From Octopus sinensis (taxonomy: Eukaryota): a stretch of 64,000 bases of DNA. This document shows, one piece after another, positions 12,668 through 24,657 of the stretch (its first letter is position 1; each line of letters begins with the position of its first letter). Position numbers and translations under genes: made by a program. The notes beneath the pieces were generated by a model. That model did no database searches and was not told the origin of the DNA. It saw nothing but the letters and a program-made list of their open reading frames with translations. The stretch spans positions 5,952,001 through 6,016,000 of the forward strand of contig NC_043024.1 in NCBI RefSeq assembly GCF_006345805.1, in the 5' to 3' direction.

Positions 12668-13075
12668 GCCTAGATTAGATCAAGATTAGATCGACCCCAG
12701 TACACAAATGGTGCTTAACTTATCAACCCCAAAAGAGTGAAAGGTAAAGTTGACCTCAGTGAAATTTGAACTCAGAATGTAAAGACATGAAATACCGCTA
12801 AGCATTTCGTCCGGTGTGCTAACGTTTCTGCCAGCTCGTTGCCTTACCTTGTATATTCTTTTCTACTCTAGGCACAGGACCCGAAATTTTGGGGGAGGGG
12901 ACCAGGTGATTAGATCAACCCCAGTATGCAACTGGTGCTTAATTTATCGACCCCAAAAGGATGAAAGGCAAAGTTGACCTTGGCGGAATTTGAACTCAGA
13001 ACAAAGACAGATGAAATACTGCTAATCATTTCACCCAGCATGCTAACAACTCTGTCAGTTCATTGCCTTGGTCAT
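12668..13075 (-). mobile_element. SINE family B, two adjacent copies
   Basis: ATCGACCCC(G/A)AAAGGATGAAAGGCAAAGTTGACCT..GGAATTTGAACTCAGAA in each; heads (reverse of GCTGGCAGAA) near 12835 and 13060. Confidence 0.85.
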
Positions 13076-13295
13076 AGAGAGATATTACATTGCTTAGAAA
13101 AAGGTGAGAGTTGGTGATGAGAAAAAAATCTGCCTCATCAGATTCTGTCCAACCCATGCAAGCATAGAAAAGTGGATGTTAAAATGATGACAATGATGAC
13201 AGCATAGAACACACATTTGAAACCAGCTCCCTGCAAGCAGGCATCCTTGAAATTCCTACATTTCCTCCAGTGGTTCCTAACCTAACTCTATTCAC

Positions 13296-13316
13296 CCGTT
13301 TCGTTTGGCAACATGG
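13296..13316 (-). CDS. Candidate 21-nt phase 1-1 micro-exon (xMLPNET), or terminal exon xMLPNETGE*
   Basis: Strong acceptor ttttcttcttttaattttctctctcag and donor CGG|gtgaat; unique sequence. Confidence 0.3.
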
Positions 13317-13513
13317 CTGAGAGAGAAAATTAAAAGAAGAAAAGTACCTTAGGGGGGAGCAGTCGCTAAACTAAATATAAATGCAGTGACGGGGGGGAAA
13401 GGGTGGGGTGGGGGCGTGTGCATTGGGGGTGCCTCACACATATGTAAATATTATATAAACCAGTTAAAACGCTCCTTTCAACTCTCCTATATTTATATTT
13501 CATATGCGGAACC

Positions 13514-13563
13514 CTACAGTTTCACTCGCCTCGCTGCTTCTAGCTCCTGTTTCCTGACAAACT
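13514..13563 (-). CDS. Candidate terminal coding exon (E)FVRKQELEAARRVKL*
   Basis: Acceptor atatttgctgcag; phase-1 frame reads to TAG; acceptor only moderate. Confidence 0.22.
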
Positions 13564-13909
13564 CTGCAGCAAATATTTTTATAATTTAATGGTTTCATTT
13601 CAACGAGGGAGGCCTCTACATGATCCCTTGACCTGTTAGAAGTAACAGCTAAATTTAGCATGAGTAACGCTTTGCTGTTTTACAAGTGGAATGAAGGCCG
13701 AATTGTTTGGTCGTAAACCAGTGTTTCTCAACCCGTTTTTTTTTTATGGAACCCTTTTGACCCCTATTTCTTGATACCTATTTTTTGCTTATGGAATCCT
13801 TTGACCCCTATTCTTTTTATCCCTACTTTATTCTACTGGACCCTCATAACAATTCAATGTTTAAATAAAATCCTGTTATATTTTTAACGATTTAATTTTA
13901 TTAGGACTT

Positions 13910-14556
13910 TATTTTTTTACTTGTTTCAGTCATTAGACTGTGGCCATGCTGGGGCACCAACTTCTTGAAGGATTTTAAACTGAACAAATCCAACTAACCA
14001 CTTTTATTTTGAAACCCGCTACTCATTCTGTTGGTCTCTTGTGCTGAACTGCTAGGTTATGAGGATGTAAACATACCAACAGCGTGAAGAGGTGGTGGGG
14101 GACACACAAACACACACACATCTATACATATACATACATACACAAACATATCTATACATATACCAATACACACACAAAGGAGAGAAAAAAAATGTGTGTA
14201 GAGCTAACAATCTATCATGGTGATCTCTACATATATACGATGGGTTTCTTTCAGTTTCCGTCCACCAAATCTACTCACAAGGTTTTGGTTGGCCCGAGGC
14301 TATAGTAGAAGACATTTGCCCAAGGTGCCATGCAGTGGGAATGAACCCGAAACCATGTGGCTGTTAAGCAAGCTACTTTATTTCAAAACATTTGCCATAA
14401 AGGCAGTACACAGATTAAGTTAGCTTTGCGGGCTGGACGAGGACATTAATGAAGTGAATGATAATGAAAGACAGATGATAAGGATGGGAGAAGACAAAAA
14501 GCGCCCGCCGACTTTCGCTTCTCTAAAACAAGCTACTTACCACACAGCCACTCCTA
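13910..14556 (-). mobile_element. SINE family A interrupted by a 150-bp insertion
   Basis: SINE head split at duplicated CAAGCTACTT (14369-14378 and 14529-14538). Confidence 0.85.
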
Positions 14557-15301
14557 CAAAAATATAAAATATTTTGCATTTTGTGCATTGTAATCAGAGT
14601 AACCTTCATAATTTTACTGAATTAGGTACATATTTTGCCATAAAAGGAAAATGTTACTATCGATCTGTTTTATTCAGGGTAGGCACTGCCTACCTTGCCT
14701 ACCCAGGCTGCATGTCCCTGATAAATACTGAAGTTGGTTCATTCAAGAAAATATTCTTCAAGACAGTGCTCTAGCATGGCCGCAGTCTACTGACTGAAAT
14801 GAGTCAAAAGGTAATTGCTATTAATTTTAAGCACTAAACCACTATAGCAAGAAAGATGTGTGTGTGTCTGTGTGTAATGAGGGGAGGGTAATCAGTCCCA
14901 TTGACTAGATGGAATTCTGGTTTAAATACTCCATATAACGCCTCATAACTTCTTTTTTTTTGCTGGAATTTTCAGAACTTTTTTCGAATCTGTGTTCTAT
15001 AAACAAGAATTCATACTTTTGCTCTTATTTTCTTATTTTCTGGAGCATCACCTTGAAGGGTCCTTTCTTTTAGTCAAAGAAACTGACCCCAGGACTTATT
15101 CTTTGTAAGCCTGGTACTTATTCAATCCATCTCTTTTGATGAACCACTAAGTTATGGGGATGTAAACACACCAACACCAGTTGACAAGCAGTGGTGGGGG
15201 ACAAACAAGCTATGAAGGGTTAAATGGGTTGCTTAAACCAGAATTCCGCCACTGACCCCTAGTATTAACAGAGATTGACTAAAAAGTTAAAAAAAGCACA
15301 T

Positions 15302-15665
15302 AGGCGCAGGAGTGGCTGTGTGTTAAGTAGCTTGCTTACGAACAACACGTGGCACCTTGGGCAAATGTCTTCTACTATAGCCCCGGGCCGACCAAGGCCT
15401 TGTGAGTATATGTATATGCATAATATATATATATGTGTGTGTGTGTGTATGTTTGTGTGTGTATGTTTGTGTGTCTGTTTGTCCTCCCAACATTGCTTGA
15501 CAAGTGATGCTGGTATGTTTGCGTCCCTGTAACTTGGTAGTTCGGCAAAAGACACCGATAGAATAAGTACTAGGCTTACAAAGAATAAGTCCTGGGGTCA
15601 ATTTGCTCAACTAAAGGCGGTGCTCCAGCATGGCCACAGTCAGAAGACAGAAACAAGTAAAAGAG
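15302..15665 (+). mobile_element. SINE family A with internal deletions
   Basis: Head AGGCGCAGGAGTGGCTGTG; B-box region deleted; intact 3' half. Confidence 0.88.
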
Positions 15666-16173
15666 AGAGCAATAAGATGGAAAGCTGACCTCGGCAGGAT
15701 TTGAACTTGGAGTAACAAAAGATATAAACAAAAAAAGGAAGATAACTACAGCACACATGTTTTCTAAAGCTTTAACAATTTTACTCAGCTATGACATTAC
15801 AGAACACAACAACAACCACTTCTGCCACTGTTACATTCCACAAAAGAGCAACAGTTACGAGTTTATATCAACAAGCAATTAGCCAAGGCGTCATCCTACA
15901 ACCTGCCCTTTTTATTGACAACATTACAGTCTATGGGTCTTTATCAAGTTGGCATTTATTGTTCCTTGTGCTCTTCATGTTTTGTTTTTCCCATTTATAT
16001 AATCATTCTACTTCTCCATCTCATTTTCCACATCATCATAATTTAACCATTGTACATTATCCTTCCTTCAACAAATCCATCCAGAGACCTTCTTAGAATC
16101 TTGCCCACAGAGCGACACAGATACTTGCCTGTCTCTCTCTCTCATATATATATATATATAATATATATATATA

Positions 16174-16403
16174 CTTTATTTTAAGCAGCAGAAAATTCAA
16201 CAAAATCTGTTACTCTGAGTTTCTCGTTGCCGTTCATCAGACAGTTTTTGCTAGCAAAAACTGTCTGATGAACGGCAACGAGAAACTCAGAGTAACAGAT
16301 TTTGTTGAATTTTCTGCTGCTTAAAATAAAGCATATTACTCTACCACTGGTATTTGAGTACTCTTTTTTCCACCTTGTTTCACATTTATGTGTTTACTCC
16401 GGT
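16174..16403. mobile_element. Penelope-like terminal-repeat-type element: perfect 158-bp palindrome plus unique 3' extension
   Basis: Arms 16174-16252 and 16253-16331 are exact reverse complements with no spacer; AATAAA follows the hammerhead core. Confidence 0.7.
16256..16302 (+). ncRNA. Minimal type-I hammerhead ribozyme motif (mirror copy on - at 16203-16249)
   Basis: Stem I CTGT/ACAG, core CTGATGA, stem II CG-GCAA-CG with A.A at the core-proximal pair, GAAA, stem III CTC-A-GAG, cleavage triplet GTA. Confidence 0.7.
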
Positions 16404-16431
16404 ATATATATATATATATATATTATATTCA

Positions 16432-16548
16432 CAGCAATCCCTTGGCTATCGCGAGTGTTACGTTCCAAAACTCCCACAGAAATAATTAAAATCTACAAAA
16501 ATATAATTAACTATCGGCTGCAGAAACACCGCGATATACTGAGGGGTT
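16432..16548. mobile_element. Tc1/mariner (Tigger-like) MITE remnant
   Basis: CAGCAATCCCTTGGCTATCGCG..TTACGTTCC start and CGCGATATACTGAGGG inverted counterpart. Confidence 0.5.
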
Positions 16549-16574
16549 CGTGACTCTCATGGTGTTGCTACATG

Positions 16575-16897
16575 ATTTTACTTCACGAATGCTTTTTAGC
16601 AATTGACATTTGGTGCATGAGAGAGTTTGATGCAGCTGCCCTCATCTGCACCTCCTGCTGTGAAGTTTGTTCATCGGGACACCTGACAGTAAGAGAGCCA
16701 GTTTTATTTTAAAGACATCTGCATCCACCCCATGCAGGTCTCTCAGGTCCTTTGGGAGGATATTGAAAAGTTGTGGACCTCTGAAGCCCAGGCTGTCACA
16801 GTATCTTGATGGCAAATTTGGAGTCCTTGGCACTATGCAGTGGCGCCCAGTTCTAGTATTTGTGTAACTCTCGATGCCAAAGTTTGGACAAGTCCTT
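16575..16897 (-). pseudogene. LINE (CR1/L2-related) ORF2 C-terminus and 3' end
   Basis: Translates ...RTGRHCIVP...GFRGPQLFNILPKDLRDLHGVDADVFKIKLALLLSGVP, followed by GCAGCTGCATCAAACTCTCT (AAASNSL-type end). Confidence 0.75.
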
Positions 16898-16926
16898 CCA
16901 TATATGTGTGTGTGTGTGTGTGTGTG

Positions 16927-16994
<68 letters not shown>

Positions 16995-17224
16995 CACGCA
17001 CATCTATAACAATATGTGGTCAGTCCATACAATTATACAAACACGCATATAAACACACACGTAATTGCCGCAACTAGTCACATAATAAACACAAAAGACA
17101 AATACAAATACACACACCTAATTATTAAGAGTAATTAAACAAATTGATATATTTACACTCACATACGCTGACACCCTTAGCAAACACATGCATATGAGTA
17201 TTGGGAAGTCTGTGTGGGAGGAGA

Positions 17225-17602
17225 GAGAGAGAGATGATTATACATACATACATATATATACACACACACACACGTGTATACACACACACACACACACACA
17301 TATATACACACACACACACACATATATACACACACACATGTATACACACACACACACACATATATACACACACACACATGTATACACACACACACACACA
17401 CATATATACACACACACATGTATACACACACACACACACATATATACACACACACACACACATGTATACACACACACACACACATATATCAACACACACA
17501 TATATACACACACACACATGTATACACACACACACCACATATATACACCACACACATGTATACACACACACACACACATATATACACACACACCACATAT
17601 AT

Positions 17603-17637
<35 letters not shown>

Positions 17638-17653
17638 CATATACACACCACAC

Positions 17654-17744
<91 letters not shown>

Positions 17745-17797
17745 ACATACATATATATACATACAATATATACATACATATATATATATATATATAC
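17225..17797. repeat. Compound (CA)n/(TA)n microsatellite array
   Basis: Directly visible; source of the spurious HT/CV/YI ORFs. Confidence 0.95.
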
Positions 17798-18173
17798 GAG
17801 CGCGCGCAGGGCCGGTTTTAAGTGAATCAAATTCGTTCAAATTGGGTCAAGTGCCGAGAAAGGGCCTCGCGCGCACACTCAAGCGGACGACCCTATGATG
17901 AATTTTCAGTATATCACTGTGGCTAATGGTGGAGGCACAAGCCCTCAATGCTTTTTTGGCTAGGACTGGCGTACTACCCGAAGCATAAAACATCAACCTT
18001 CAGCTTTTGTAGAGTAGAGGGTCCCACTGACAGTTCTCTTCCTGGACCCCGCATTTCCTAGCGCCGTCCGTCCGAACGACTTGCACAAATGGTTTGGATA
18101 TAGTGATCAAATGTCCGTACCGCACGTTAGCTTACTCTCTTTATTAAATCGATGCTGCCTGAACAGGTGAAGT

Positions 18174-18482
18174 ATCTTTTCTGTTTGAACGGTAGTTTTT
18201 AACATAATTTCTAGGTAACTAAAAAATTTTTAACTTCGTATACTGGTAGAATGTGTTTATAAAACATCTTTTTCTCGTATGAATATGTCCCTCGTTTAAG
18301 AAACAGATTGGGTTTATTTACATTTGTGAAGAAAAAAAGATACCCTTCCCCCCACCCCTAACCCTAACTAACCCTAACCCTAAAAGAGATTGAAATGCAA
18401 TAGATCGATTCTAGGGTCATAATTATGGGTGACAATTTCATATGACACCGCTAGAAAAAACTGCCGTTCAAACCGAAAAGAT
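18174..18482. mobile_element. MITE with ~28-bp TIRs and internal (TAACCC)-like motif
   Basis: ATCTTTTTCTGTTTGAACGGTAGTTTTT ... AAAAAACTGCCGTTCAAACCGAAAAGAT; CCCTAACCCTAACTAACCCTAACCCTAA at ~18356-18383. Confidence 0.8.
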
Positions 18483-18763
18483 CCCAGGTGAACTCTGTGT
18501 CACGCGAGATGAAGTGTTTTGTTCAAAAACACAAAATACCACCTGGTCCAGGAACTGAAATCGCGATCTAGTGGTCGTGAGAGCAATATCCAAATTACTG
18601 GGCCCTGTGTGTGTTTGTGAACTGCATACGCATACACGCTCACCCCTGCGCACACTTACAATACACAACGATAAGGAGCCTTCCTAATACTTATAACAAA
18701 AGTAATGTAAGATATCTTCATTCATTAAACACTTCATTTATTTCCTGGCCTCACACCTTAGAC

Positions 18764-18964
18764 CAGTAGTTTTCAACCAGGGTTCCGACAGTACAGTCCA
18801 GGGGTTCCGCAAGAAGTTACAAAACTGCTAAAATCGGCAGTAATTTTTAATTCTCCTGTGCAGATATGTGTGCATAAGACTATTAAATTATTGCACAAGG
18901 GTTCCTCGAGCCAGTGGAATGTTTCCTTGGGGTTCCACTCCAGCAAAAAGTTTGAAAAGCACTG
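18764..18964. mobile_element. hAT MITE, same family as 5009-5226, opposite orientation
   Basis: TIRs CAGTAGTTTTCAA / TTGAAAAGCACTG; perfect 8-bp TSD CCTTAGAC. Confidence 0.95.
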
Positions 18965-19016
18965 CCTTAGACACTCTCACCTACATATATCTAGACAACC
19001 TTTCGTATATACACGT

Positions 19017-19056
<40 letters not shown>

Positions 19057-20512
19057 TACATGACACGGATGAGCTTGGTTTCTCTTAGGAGCCTACGAAA
19101 TTTTACGTTGCAGAGGGCCGAATCAAACCGTTTTAAATCATGTGTGTGTGAGTGTGTCCATTGCTTGACAACCGGTGTTGGTGTGTTTACGACCCCGTTA
19201 TCTAGTGGTTCGGCAAATCAGACCGATAGAATATGTACCAAGCTTAAAAAAAAAAAAATTAAGTACTCGGATCGATTCATTCGACTAAGAATTCTCCAAG
19301 ATGTTGCTCTAGCATGGCCGCAGTCTAAATGACTCAAACATGTAAAAAGAGTGAGAAAGAGTAATGATTCAACTCATAACCTCAATCACTCATAAATCCA
19401 CCTTTAAGCTATGCTTACACATTCTCATAGCATTACATGTTCACATCACTCACCCATACACACACACACACACACCACACATACAGACACACTATTCTTA
19501 ATATAAGTAGGTATGCATTTTTTTAATTCGTTTTCTTGTCGGCAGTTGGTAAATTAAAGAATTTGGGCTTGATTACTTGTGTGTGTGTGTGTGTGTACAT
19601 GCATGTATGTGTTTGAGCGCGCGTTTGAGAAATTCATTGACGCTGCAGCCGACACCAACCCAACCACCAACACCACCACCATCATACCATGCTCGCAACC
19701 AATCAACCCCGTCGTCTATCCAACACCGCCGTCGACAAAGTACCCCCTCCTACCTCTACCTCTACCGCCACCTCCACCACCACTACTACTACTGCAACCC
19801 GCACGTTCACTTAGACACCCCTCCACCATCACCACTACCTCCGCCCTAGTTTCACAGCGACTCTATTCCTCCGGCTTCAACATTCCTCCCACCACTGCTA
19901 TCATCTCACTTCCTATACACTCACCATCACCACCATCATCACACTAATCCTATACTCCTACCACAGCCACTACATTAATTCTCAACTCCCTCAGCCACCA
20001 CATTAATTCGTAACTCCCACCACCATATTAACGCTATACTCCCACCGTCACTACAACCCAATTTCCACATCACCCTCGCCACCACCACCACACTTACAAT
20101 TACCAACTCATTCATACATTAGCGGTGAATGATTTATGTAGACTTATAAAAAATGTAAGCAGTTTTCAAGATCTTACATGAACTTCTCCCCACCACTTCC
20201 CTTTCACACATACAAACACAAGTTGGCAGCATTTTTCAAGACGGGTTTTTGGAAAGCACCCACATACATATTTACACACACATTCACACACCTCCATTGA
20301 AGTTCTTTGAAGTTTTTTCCGCGCGATATTACATAAGCTACACACACACACACACAAGTCAATCAAGTTTCACCTTAGCCTGATTTTTACCTTTTGATTT
20401 TGAATTTTTTACATTACATATTATAATATGGCAAGTACTTTCATCTTTTACAGCAATCTTCAGATGGTAGCTGCATCAACATACACACAACTCTGTCTCA
20501 TATATATATATA

Positions 20513-21519
20513 CTAGCAGTATCGCCCGGCGTTGCTCGGGTTGTAAGGGAAATAACTATATAAGCATTTTTAGAGAGTTATAGCCAAAAAGTAGCAAAAA
20601 AATGCATTAAAAATTGAAAAAAAATTAAGGTAAATTTTTCTTTAAATCGTTGACACATCGTAGATATTTTTAGAGAGTTACTTCCCTTATATAAAAGCGA
20701 AAAAAATGCATTAAAATGGAAAAATATGATGGTAATTTTTTTTTAAATCGTAGACTCATCGTAGACGCGCGCTAATACCCAGAAGGGCTCGTTGTTATTC
20801 TGGGTAACTTTCTGTAAAATATTAAAATTTTGTTCAAACATCGCTATAGAAAATGGGTTATTAGCTAATATTCAATTGGGTATACAACAAAATTTTACGA
20901 TAGAATTTGTTATTCTGGGTAACTTTCTGATACCCATAATAATATTTATGGCAAAATAGGCCTTAATTTCATTTAAGGTTGTGGGAAATAACAAACTATC
21001 CTTTCTTTCGGTTTGTTTACGTTTAGCGTAATGATTTCAAATAGGCTCATTCGAAAAAGTAAATAGAAATAGTCTAAGGCTTTACTCTTCTGGGAAAGTC
21101 TGTGGCTTGGTCCAGTTTCTTCAGAAAACAGTTTTTAAATTTTCACTCCATTCAGGTACCAATTCGTTTTCTTTATCGCTGTCGGATTCACTGTTTTCAC
21201 TTTAATAGCTGCAAACTTGCAAAAACAAAGGAAGAGAAGGGTGATAGCGTCAGTGAAACAATTCGCTCCCTTTGTGTGTGTGTGCGTTTGCGTGTGGTGT
21301 AAACCAGACTAAGAAAAGCATTTGACACACACACCAGAATGTGAGTTTTCTGTAAATTTTGCTTAATTGGAGTTTAAATTTTAAAAACTGGACCTGGCAT
21401 GACGCGATGCATTGTACTCTTAAAATTGCTAGGTAAATTGTAATTGAAGAAATCCTATATTGTAGATTTGTATAACTCCCAAAGGGAGGCAGATAAAATC
21501 TGCCTTTTATAATAAGAGA
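20513..21519 (-). mobile_element. Complete non-autonomous Helitron
   Basis: On -: A|TCTCTTATT... 5' end; 3' hairpin CCCG-AGCAACGC-CGGG then CGATACTG-CTAG|T; no TSD; inserted in (TA)n. Confidence 0.9.
21015..21201 (-). pseudogene. piggyBac-like transposase N-terminal fragment within the Helitron
   Basis: SENSESDSDKENELVPEWSENLKTV / (1-nt frameshift) EETGPSHRLSQKSKALDYFYLLFRMSLFEIITLNVN resembles the piggyBac GP...(P/A)L(D/Q)(Y/F)FxLFF...L...I...TN motif. Confidence 0.6.
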
Positions 21520-22264
21520 TATATATATATATAAACACACACACACACACACACATGTATATGACAAAAAAACAATTAGTTCAAAACATCATTACACGCG
21601 GTTCAATGGCATGATTTATTTTCAAATCCGAATTCAATTGCATAATATATTAGAGAACATTAAATAAATCGTTTTCTTGCATAACCATGCCATTTCATCT
21701 GGTGATATTCTCACGCATGGTAATATTTCTCCATAGCTGGGAGTTTCCACGGAAGATTGGAACGGTGAAGCTTAGTTTGCTAGTTCACAACAATCACATG
21801 ATGTCCAGACAAGGACTCAGACACACACACAAGAATACATACTAATGGCTTTTTCAGTTCCCATCTACCGACAAGAGCAAAGATAAAGAACGCTGCATTC
21901 ACAACCATCGCCAAACAGACGTTATTAACATTACTTCATTATCGCAGAGCTGACCTGGAACTAAACAACGATACTTCTATCACCACTATTACTCTATTAT
22001 CAGGACTAGCCTTAAGCTAAGTAACAAGGCTGTTTAAGATTTTAAGAATTAAAACGCGTGATTTCTATTTTAAAATAACACTGAGACGTTGTTTTGAAAA
22101 TTTAAGATAGGAGGGACTTCCACCTCCAGCGAGGGAGGAATTTCCACCTAGTCGTGAAATCTGCTAGAAATAGCAACTAACATGTCTTCAAATTAATCGC
22201 GCCACCTCATCGCCTTAATAATAATAATAATAAGAAGAAGAAGAAGAATAGTAATCTATTTTGC

Positions 22265-22815
22265 TATAGACATGAAACCCGAATTGTTTGTGGGGAGGTG
22301 TAAGTCGATTACATCGTCCCAGTGCTTCACTGGTACTTAACTTATCGACCCCGAAAGAATGAAAAGCAAAGCTGACTTCAACAAAGTAGACGGACGAATT
22401 ACTGCTAAGCATTTTGTCCGGGATGCTAACACGGTTCTGCCAGATCGCTGCCATAATAATAATAATAATCCAAGGCCTGAAACTTGTGGGGAAGAGGATG
22501 AGTCAATTACATCGGCCCCAGTGCGTAACTGGTAATTTATTGACCCCGAAAGGATGAAAGGCAAAGTCGACCCCGGTGGCGTTTGAACCCAGAACGCGAA
22601 GACAGACGAAATACCTATTTCTTTACTACCCACAAGGGACTAAACACAGAGGGAACAAACGGATTAAGTCAATTACATCGACCCAGTACGTAACTGGTAC
22701 TTAATTTATCGACCCCGAAAGGATGAAAGGCAAAGTCGACCTTGGCGGAATTTGAACTCAGAACGTAACGGCAGACGAAATGTCGGCGTGCTAACGTTTC
22801 TGCCAGCTCGCCGCC
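22265..22815 (-). mobile_element. SINE family B cluster (one single copy and one copy with duplicated body)
   Basis: Repeated GACCCCGAAAGGATGAAAGGCAAAGTCGAC; head at ~22815. Confidence 0.88.
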
Positions 22816-22837
22816 TAACAACAAAAACAACACGAAC

Positions 22838-23935
22838 TGGCTCTCATGGCTTCAGATCTTAACCGACTGCAAGTGTTATCATGTACACGTTTTGTCTAAG
22901 TATAAAAGATGGGCTGCAGCAAATATTCTGCTCAATATCACAGATTTGCTTATCAGTTGTTCGACGTAACCAGTTGAGCATGTCCCTTAGTGGCTGACGC
23001 TATGCGTATCTCTGATCATGAGCAGAAGTAGTGGGGAGCATCATAGCCATGTGTTGAGAGGGATTCTTTGGGGTTTGGATAATTCACCTCTGGAAACATG
23101 AGTGTTTTGTTCATTATCTTTAAAACAAACCTTATTCAGGAACCTTTTGAGTGGGATGAGCTATTCGACCTGAAGAAAATTCTAACTGGGCTTCACTTGC
23201 AAGGTCATGCGCTGTTAATCTTGATACGAGATCACCATTTTGTGCACATAGGGTTGCGATGCATGGTGCCTAGTGTACCCTTGTCAGATGGGTAGTCATG
23301 ATGGGTATACTGGGCTTCGTATATTTTACCCCAGTGTCACTTTGATGGCATGCACTGCTTTCTCACTCAATAATAATAATAATAATAATAATACAGGCAG
23401 TGACTCTCATGGCTTCTGATCTTAACCGACTGGAAGTGTTATCATGTACATTGTTTGGTCTTGGTATAAAAGATGGGCTACAGCAAATATTCTGCTCAAT
23501 ACCACAGATTTGCTTGTCAGTTGTTTGACTTTAACAAGTTGAGCATGTCCCTTAGTGGCTGACGATATGTGCATCTCTGACCACGAGCAGAAGTAGTAGG
23601 GGATCATCATAGCCATGTGTTGAGAGGTATTCTTTGGGGTTTGAATAATTCACCTCTGTAAACATGGATGGTTCTTTCAACATCCTTAAACAACCCTTAT
23701 TCAGGGACCTTTTGAGCGGGATGGGCTACTCAACCTGAAGAAAATTCTAACTGGGCCCCACCTGCAAGGTCATGTGCTGTTAATCTTGATACGAGATCAC
23801 CATGTTGTGCACATAAGGTTGCGATGCATATGCCTAGTGTACCCTTGTCAGACGGGTAGTCATGATGGGTATATTGGGCTTCGTATATTTTACCCCAGTG
23901 TCACTTTGATGACATGCACTACTCTCTCAATCAAT
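22838..23935. mobile_element. Family E head-to-tail dimer (~563-bp period) with (AAT)n spacer
   Basis: CTCTCATGGCTTC at 22841 and 23404; both units end CACT(G/A)CT.TCTCA.TCAATAATAAT. Confidence 0.9.
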
Positions 23936-24231
23936 AATAATAATAATAATAATAATAATACACACAATAATATTAACCACAAAGGTTTACATTAAGAAAA
24001 ATATTATGGACAGCACAGGACAAAACAAATAATAATAACAATAATAATAGATGGCATGCACCGCTCTCTCACTCAACAACAACAAAAATAATAAATAATA
24101 CACAAATACATTCATATATTTACATACAAATGTACACCACATGTTGCAACACAACAACATAAATAAGTAGACAACTGCACACCACACAAAAACACAGTTA
24201 CATACAGATCTAAAATTCATAAAGTATTGGT

Positions 24232-24657
24232 TTCAAATTTCGGCACGAGGCCAGCAAGTACAGGGGATTAAGTCGATTACATCGAAATCAGGGTTCAAGT
24301 GGTACTTATTTTATCGACTTCGAAAGGATGACAGGCAAAGTCGACTTCGGCGGAATTTGAACTCGGAATGTAAGGACAAACGAAATGCCGCTAAACATTT
24401 TGCCCGGGGTGCTAACGTTTCTTATTTCTTTATTGCCCACAAGGGGCTAAACACAGAGGGGACAAACAAGGACAGACAAACGGATTAAGTTGATTACATC
24501 GACCCCAGTGCGTAACTGATATTTAATTTATTGACCCCGAAAGGATGAAAGGCAAAGTCGACCTCGGCGTAATTTGAACTCAGAACGTAAAGACGGACGA
24601 AATGCCGCTAAGCATTTCGGCCGGCGTGCTAACGATTCACCCAGCTCGCCGCCTTCA
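24232..24657 (-). mobile_element. SINE family B with duplicated body
   Basis: Two body units; head (reverse of GGCGGCGAGCTGG) at ~24650. Confidence 0.88.

Noticed and set aside
15791-16096. 101-aa ORF
   Set aside because: No splice context or recognisable motif; probably decayed repeat sequence.
17807-18607. CAGGGCC...GGCCCTG apparent TIR pair
   Set aside because: The right end belongs to a SINE H head; the true partner of the left CAGGGCCGG is at best degenerate near 18070.
19579-19947. 122-aa Pro/Thr-rich ORF
   Set aside because: Degenerate (ACC/CAC)n low-complexity DNA.
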